A stretch of 64,000 nucleotides of DNA. It comes from TPA_inf: Saccharomyces. Lineage: Eukaryota. Positions 58,825 to 64,000 of this stretch are shown here, piece by piece. A program made the translations under genes and the position numbers. The notes below the pieces were generated by a model. That model worked only from the letters and a program-made list of their open reading frames with translations, had not been told where the DNA came from and did no database searches. Position 1 is the stretch's first letter. Every line of letters begins with the position of its first letter. The DNA is taken from positions 704,001 through 768,000 of the forward strand of contig BK006948.2 in the NCBI GenBank assembly GCA_000146045.2. The letters run 5' to 3'.

Positions 58825-61800
58825 ATGAGCTCCAAGTTGAAGTACACTGATATAGATGTGCCATTGGACTGGTTGTATAAGGGGAAACGAAGGAATAGGA
58901 CCAAAAGTGCGGCTTCCACGCGCACTTCAGAAGCTACCACCACCTCTGTAAAGAAAACTGCTACTTTGCCATCAACCGCAGCTGTTCCTACGAAAACTAT
59001 AGCTTCTCCTCAAAGGCCCCTGAGCGGCCAGAATGTAAATAACGAATTATCCAACTCTAAACCAGCAGTATCCGCCGAGAAGGTTTCGCAGCAAGGACAA
59101 GTGCCCACTAGGAGGACTCGTTCTCACTCAGTATCGTACGGCCTACTCCAGAAGAAGAATAATAACGATGACACCACAGATTCTCCTAAAATATCTCGAA
59201 TTAGAACGGCACAGGATCAACCTGTTAAGGAAACAAAAAGCAGCACCCTTGCGGAACCCATCGTTTCAAAGAAGGGGAGAAGTCGTTCTTCTTCTATATC
59301 AACTTCTTTGAATGAACGATCTAAGAAATCTCTGTTCGGTTCTTTGTTCGGGAGAAGGCCTTCCACCACTCCCTCGCACGTTGTTGAAAGACCGTTGTCT
59401 TCTCAGAATGACCATAAAAAAAGCACAGAACTCCCTCCTATAGATACCAGACAGTCAAAGATCTCCACCCCAACTAGTACTCCTACCACTGCATCTTCCA
59501 AACCCAGTAGTTCTGGTGGGAATAGACATTCTGATGGATCTCTTACTTCAAAACTTCTAAGTATTCCTCATAACATCTTGGAAACCTCTTCTACGAATTT
59601 TAATGCCCACCACCATATCCAGTCACATCATAGTAGTGGTCGTGAACAAGACTCGCCCCATTCTGAATCATCAGACCTCCCTCCCATTTTAGAAAAAGAA
59701 ACTACGCAAAAACAATTACAGAAGGTGTCAAAGGTAAATTTGAAAAGGGTTACTATTGCAGTTCAAGAATTTAACTCAGATCCCCCACAACAACTACCTT
59801 CTAGGAAGCCTAAAAGGGGTAATGTTCTCATACCAGAAGATATGATTAGTGCCCCCCCACTAATCTCTCTGGGAATTACAAACAGCAGCGATCAAAGCAG
59901 TTTTCAGTCCAATATCTCTCCCTCATATTCAAAAGATTCTAAAGAATATAAATTAGCTTTGGAAAATTTTAAAAAAGCAGCTAAAGAAGCCGAAAAACAT
60001 CAAAAGGATGCGTATTATGTTGCAGAGCGAATGGCTCAAGAAGTGGCAAACTATAAGGCCAGGCAATTGAAGACATCGCCGTTAACTGGAGCAACTAATT
60101 CAGCAGCAGATTCAGCGACGGATCAAGAATCCTCCTCTCTAGATGCTAGAGCTTCTAAGCTTCATATCGATAAACCGATCAATGTAGGTGCACATCCTTT
60201 CGAAACACATCAGGATGATAACATTAAATACTCTTCTCACCTTGAACAAACATTGGACGTAGCTTACACTAGATGCTGTCATTTGAGAGAAATTTTACCA
60301 ATACCGTCCACTTTGAGACAGGTCAAAGGTAAAACCGCACCTTTGCAGACTTTGAAATTTTTGAATCCAAAACCAACCTTAGTGGATATATTATCATTTT
60401 GTGATTTTATTGCCATAACTCCGATCCATAACATCATTTTCGATAATGTGTCCTTAACCCATGATATGTTCAAGATTGTCATTTGTTCTTTGGTAACCTC
60501 TCCGGTAGTGGAGAAATTGGGGTTAAGAAATGTTGTGATAAACGAACAAAGTTGGAAACTACTTTGCAAGTTTTTATTACAAAATAAAACATTGATCAAG
60601 CTGGATATTTCTCAGACTAAAGCAAGGACAGATTTAAATGATTCTAACTACAGAGACCAAATGGACTGGGAACTATTTTGCGAAGTTCTTAGAAATAGAG
60701 AAGGTAGACCTTTGGAAGAATTGCTTTTGAATGGTTTAAGGTTTGACAAAATGTCATTCAGTCATTTCAAAAATATCCTACTTACTTTCGCACAAATGAA
60801 CCCTAAAAACCCTATTCGTCTCGGGATGGCTAACGTAGAATTCTCAACCGAGTGTTTTGATTTTCTCTTTAATTGGATGTCTGAATATAACGTTCAAGGT
60901 GTGGATTTGGCCTATAATAATTTAGAAAGTTTGGCAAAACGAATGATCAAAAAACTAGCTAGGCTTCCTTATAAGCATTTGGAATATTTTACCCTTAACA
61001 GCACTAATATCACCTCTGTTGATGATATGTCCTACATACTAAAATATCTTTCACGTTTGCCAAGCATAAAATTTCTAGATTTGAGCAACTTGCCTCAGTT
61101 ATTCCCGGGGATTTTAACATCCGGCTATAAGTATTTTCCCCAATTTCCACAACTGAAACGTATTCATTTTGATTTCGACGATCTTTCTATAAAAGAAACA
61201 ACCATGCTTGTCAGCATATTAGCTAAGTGTGAAACCCTCTCTCATGTTTCATTGATAGGACAAAGTCCTATGCCCGATGCAAGTAAAATATCCGACAGTA
61301 CTGATGAACCCGATAAGTCGAAAGATGAAAAGAAAGAACAAATCGTATTTATGAGAAATACGCTTTGGGCCTCATTGTATGCATTTGTTAGGGACTCTCA
61401 CAATTTAGTTAGTTTAGACGTTGACTATGATCAAGTACCAGACGAAATTCAATCAAGAATTGCGTTATGCTTAATGCATAATATGAAGAGAATTATGGAC
61501 TCTAGCTTTAAATTAGATGAATTGACTGTACAAGATGATTTAATATTTGATGGTTCCTTGATAACTGAGACAGCAGAAGAAGTTTTGAAAAGATTAAATG
61601 ACAAATCTTTACTTCAAAATGATGTTGGGAAGAAATATCTTTTAAAGAAATATTTTGAGAAAATGGAAAAGGTACATCATAATGTTCAAAATACAATTGA
61701 TTCTATGTTTGAGAAAAGAAAATCCGGCGAACTGCCACTGCAGGAAAAGGAAAACCTACTAAGGTTATTGCTTCTTGAGAAAAATTTATCAAATATTCTT

Positions 61801-62565
61801 GATATTTTTGCTTCTATGCCCAATATAGCAGATGTCGTACCATTTTCAAAAGCCGATAATAGTTTCCCTAATATTGGGGATAGCACGGTTAGCGCAAACT
61901 ATAATGATGGTATTCGTCCATCTCTAAAACACTTAGATTCTGACAGGTTAATCAACGATGTTTCAATTCCTGAAAACGATTCATCAATTAGACCACACTT
62001 AATGGCCACCGACTCGGGACGAATCATCGATGTGACCACTGGTAAAGCTCTTCTTTTCAAGAGTTCGTCTAATACCTCACTGGCCGGCAAGAGACAGGAA
62101 GAAGAGGAAGGTGAATTACATAAATGGGGTGTGTTTGTACAGCACCAAAGCTCAAGACATAACTCTGGGCTTCCTTCATCCGCCAATTCTTCGAGAATTA
62201 GCGGGTCGTTAACACCAGATAGCAGTGTCGCCGGAGGAAAGAAAGGGGAATCCTCTCGCACATCTGGTACAAGGCCAAAAATCTTACCAAAGATTCCTAC
62301 CGGTGCCGAATTAAGGGATGCCATTATTAAAGCTAAGGGTATTGATTCTGTAGATGATCTGATTAAAAATGTTACCTCTGAAAAGGTTGGATTGGAATCA
62401 TTATATGGAGATGAATTGAACTCTAGAAGCCCGAGTAATGACAGTTTACAAGAATCACAACAAAAGGCGCCTTTGCAGAGGCCCCTTGTTGAAGATGAAA
62501 CAGTGACAAAAAAATATGACAAACTATTGAACGATCTGTCTAATGTTCGTCACAGTAAAACCTAA
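58825..62565 (+). CDS. HER1: Large protein with an S/T-rich disordered N-terminus and a leucine-rich-repeat-like middle (ER morphology / Hmg2-induced ER remodelling), 1246 aa.
   Basis: The length and the N-terminus (MSSKLKYTDIDVPLDWLYKGKRRNRTKSAAS...) are recognised. The first 330 aa and the last 250 aa are low-complexity S/T/P. Confidence 0.8.
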   Translation: MSSKLKYTDIDVPLDWLYKGKRRNRTKSAASTRTSEATTTSVKKTATLPSTAAVPTKTIASPQRPLSGQNVNNELSNSKPAVSAEKVSQQGQVPTRRTRSHSVSYGLLQKKNNNDDTTDSPKISRIRTAQDQPVKETKSSTLAEPIVSKKGRSRSSSISTSLNERSKKSLFGSLFGRRPSTTPSHVVERPLSSQNDHKKSTELPPIDTRQSKISTPTSTPTTASSKPSSSGGNRHSDGSLTSKLLSIPHNILETSSTNFNAHHHIQSHHSSGREQDSPHSESSDLPPILEKETTQKQLQKVSKVNLKRVTIAVQEFNSDPPQQLPSRKPKRGNVLIPEDMISAPPLISLGITNSSDQSSFQSNISPSYSKDSKEYKLALENFKKAAKEAEKHQKDAYYVAERMAQEVANYKARQLKTSPLTGATNSAADSATDQESSSLDARASKLHIDKPINVGAHPFETHQDDNIKYSSHLEQTLDVAYTRCCHLREILPIPSTLRQVKGKTAPLQTLKFLNPKPTLVDILSFCDFIAITPIHNIIFDNVSLTHDMFKIVICSLVTSPVVEKLGLRNVVINEQSWKLLCKFLLQNKTLIKLDISQTKARTDLNDSNYRDQMDWELFCEVLRNREGRPLEELLLNGLRFDKMSFSHFKNILLTFAQMNPKNPIRLGMANVEFSTECFDFLFNWMSEYNVQGVDLAYNNLESLAKRMIKKLARLPYKHLEYFTLNSTNITSVDDMSYILKYLSRLPSIKFLDLSNLPQLFPGILTSGYKYFPQFPQLKRIHFDFDDLSIKETTMLVSILAKCETLSHVSLIGQSPMPDASKISDSTDEPDKSKDEKKEQIVFMRNTLWASLYAFVRDSHNLVSLDVDYDQVPDEIQSRIALCLMHNMKRIMDSSFKLDELTVQDDLIFDGSLITETAEEVLKRLNDKSLLQNDVGKKYLLKKYFEKMEKVHHNVQNTIDSMFEKRKSGELPLQEKENLLRLLLLEKNLSNILDIFASMPNIADVVPFSKADNSFPNIGDSTVSANYNDGIRPSLKHLDSDRLINDVSIPENDSSIRPHLMATDSGRIIDVTTGKALLFKSSSNTSLAGKRQEEEEGELHKWGVFVQHQSSRHNSGLPSSANSSRISGSLTPDSSVAGGKKGESSRTSGTRPKILPKIPTGAELRDAIIKAKGIDSVDDLIKNVTSEKVGLESLYGDELNSRSPSNDSLQESQQKAPLQRPLVEDETVTKKYDKLLNDLSNVRHSKT

Positions 62566-62868
62566 ATTATTTTATGCTTCTGTCTTTCCTTTCTCTTTCG
62601 ATTATTAGAAGGTGCATCTTTGTATAAATATCCCATCAATAATGTATTCTTAGGAATCTATATATGTATGTACGTTTTATGTGTATATGTATTTTACGTT
62701 TTTTCATAATCATATACTTTCTGCCGAAATTTTTTGCCTTCATTATGCACACTAATGTTATTAATCAGATAAAAATACAGAAATTTAAAATAAATACTGA
62801 GAATAATATAATTAACTGTTCGAGAATTGTCGCAAATTAATAGCTTCACACTACTCCCACAAGGATTC

Positions 62869-63777
62869 CTAATTCACGTGCAACAGCAACCGGATCTTTT
62901 TGAAAATGCTTTCGAATTGGTTGGGACCCAGTTTCGTAGAATCCTCTTTCATCAATCTAATCAGAGAAACGAACCCAACGAGTGTTAATAGATTGATAGC
63001 TGTGGACCATTTTTTCCTGCTAGTCATTTTTCTAACACCGAAATAACGGCAGAGCCCCGAACCTATATGATATACACCTGACTCGAGGAGAATAGCTAAC
63101 GGCACCAGGCCTCCAAGCCATTTCCACCACCTGTTCTTGCTAGATAGTAATTGCTTTATAGAGGCGAAATCCACCTCAGTAGAGATGGAATTCGGCACCC
63201 ATTTCATAATTAATAAGTGGTATATCAGGACGGGAACAAGGATGTATCCACTAATCACTTGTGGAGGAATGCGGAAGGTCTTATACAATCCAAATAAATA
63301 GCCAGAAATTCCACCAGTTAAACCAATCGAATCTTGGGATAGATCTTGTTCGGCCGATATCTTTAAATGTCGATGTCTATTTCTTCTTGGCTTGTTCCAG
63401 TTGTTCACGATTCGGAGCAAGACACCAGCAGAAACATGAAGAGTAATACCCGCAACTAACAGCTTGGTAGTTATGGACGGTAAAATCTCTCTCACCATCA
63501 TTAAAACGTCGTCAGGAGCAGAATCAGGTGATACTGCCGGCGTGATTAATGTATTTGCTGCATGTAGTGGGAAATACAATGCCATGGGCAGTACCGAAAT
63601 CTTTTGACAGTTCCAAAGGAATCTCCGACATGAACTCCTGGAAAAAGGATACGGAATGCCAAATATTTTTTTCCTCTTATCAGGATTACCATCTCCTTCG
63701 GGGCTATGTGCATTAACATCATGAGGGAGACTAGCAGGGTCTACTGGTTCTGGAGGCACTTCATGCAACTTTATCAT
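62869..63777 (-). CDS. MCP1: Mitochondrial outer-membrane multi-pass protein Mcp1 (Mdm10 complementing protein), 302 aa.
   Basis: MIKLHEVPPEPVDPASLP... is followed by about five hydrophobic helices. The track start at 63789 is a TTG, and the ATG is at 63777. Confidence 0.75.
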   Translation of the reverse strand: MIKLHEVPPEPVDPASLPHDVNAHSPEGDGNPDKRKKIFGIPYPFSRSSCRRFLWNCQKISVLPMALYFPLHAANTLITPAVSPDSAPDDVLMMVREILPSITTKLLVAGITLHVSAGVLLRIVNNWNKPRRNRHRHLKISAEQDLSQDSIGLTGGISGYLFGLYKTFRIPPQVISGYILVPVLIYHLLIMKWVPNSISTEVDFASIKQLLSSKNRWWKWLGGLVPLAILLESGVYHIGSGLCRYFGVRKMTSRKKWSTAINLLTLVGFVSLIRLMKEDSTKLGPNQFESIFKKIRLLLHVN

Positions 63778-64000
63778 CGTAATAAACAAAACTCTGGGCT
63801 AACTGGTATATGCCCTAGTAATTCGGGACCTGTTAGGAGCAATACAATCTACACAAGGTTTTCCTTACTTATTTTCCAATTGACGACCAACTTGCCTCAC
63901 ACAATTACAGAGCACGTATTCGCTCTCTAGCCACTCTTTTCAAAACAAATTTTAGTTGTGGACCTGGTTAGGATACAATCAGCGATGTCGGAAGACTGAT

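Overview
This window reads as Saccharomyces cerevisiae chromosome XV right arm, roughly YOR192C-B to YOR228C. I assigned it from memory of the encoded proteins; no database search was run. It holds 32 protein-coding genes on both strands, with short intergenic spacers typical of yeast and no spliceosomal introns that I could see. The one accessory feature is at the left end: a complete Ty1/copia-family LTR retrotransposon, most likely Ty2 by its Gag sequence, at 64-6024 on the minus strand. It has two 333-bp delta LTRs that look identical by eye, a 5-bp GTTTT target-site duplication, intact TYA and TYB frames, and the canonical CTT-AGG-C +1 frameshift site. It sits 176 bp upstream of an initiator tRNA-Met gene (6201-6272). 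The element's primer-binding site is complementary to the 3' end of that same tRNA. The rest of the window is core housekeeping genes. The MRM1(PET56)-HIS3-DED1 interval contains the textbook HIS3 promoter elements: the Gcn4 site, the poly(dA:dT) tract and the TATA. I found no evidence of a previously undescribed biological system in this window. The findings below are small local observations: a perfect 12-bp palindrome in the NOC2/RET1 3' region, the Q-rich tandem repeat and upstream ATGs in MCA1, an unusually long ORF-free convergent spacer, and PRE-like motifs upstream of STE4. Several 'M' starts in the supplied ORF track are actually TTG or GTG codons. I trimmed those ORFs to the first in-frame ATG that gives the known protein length.
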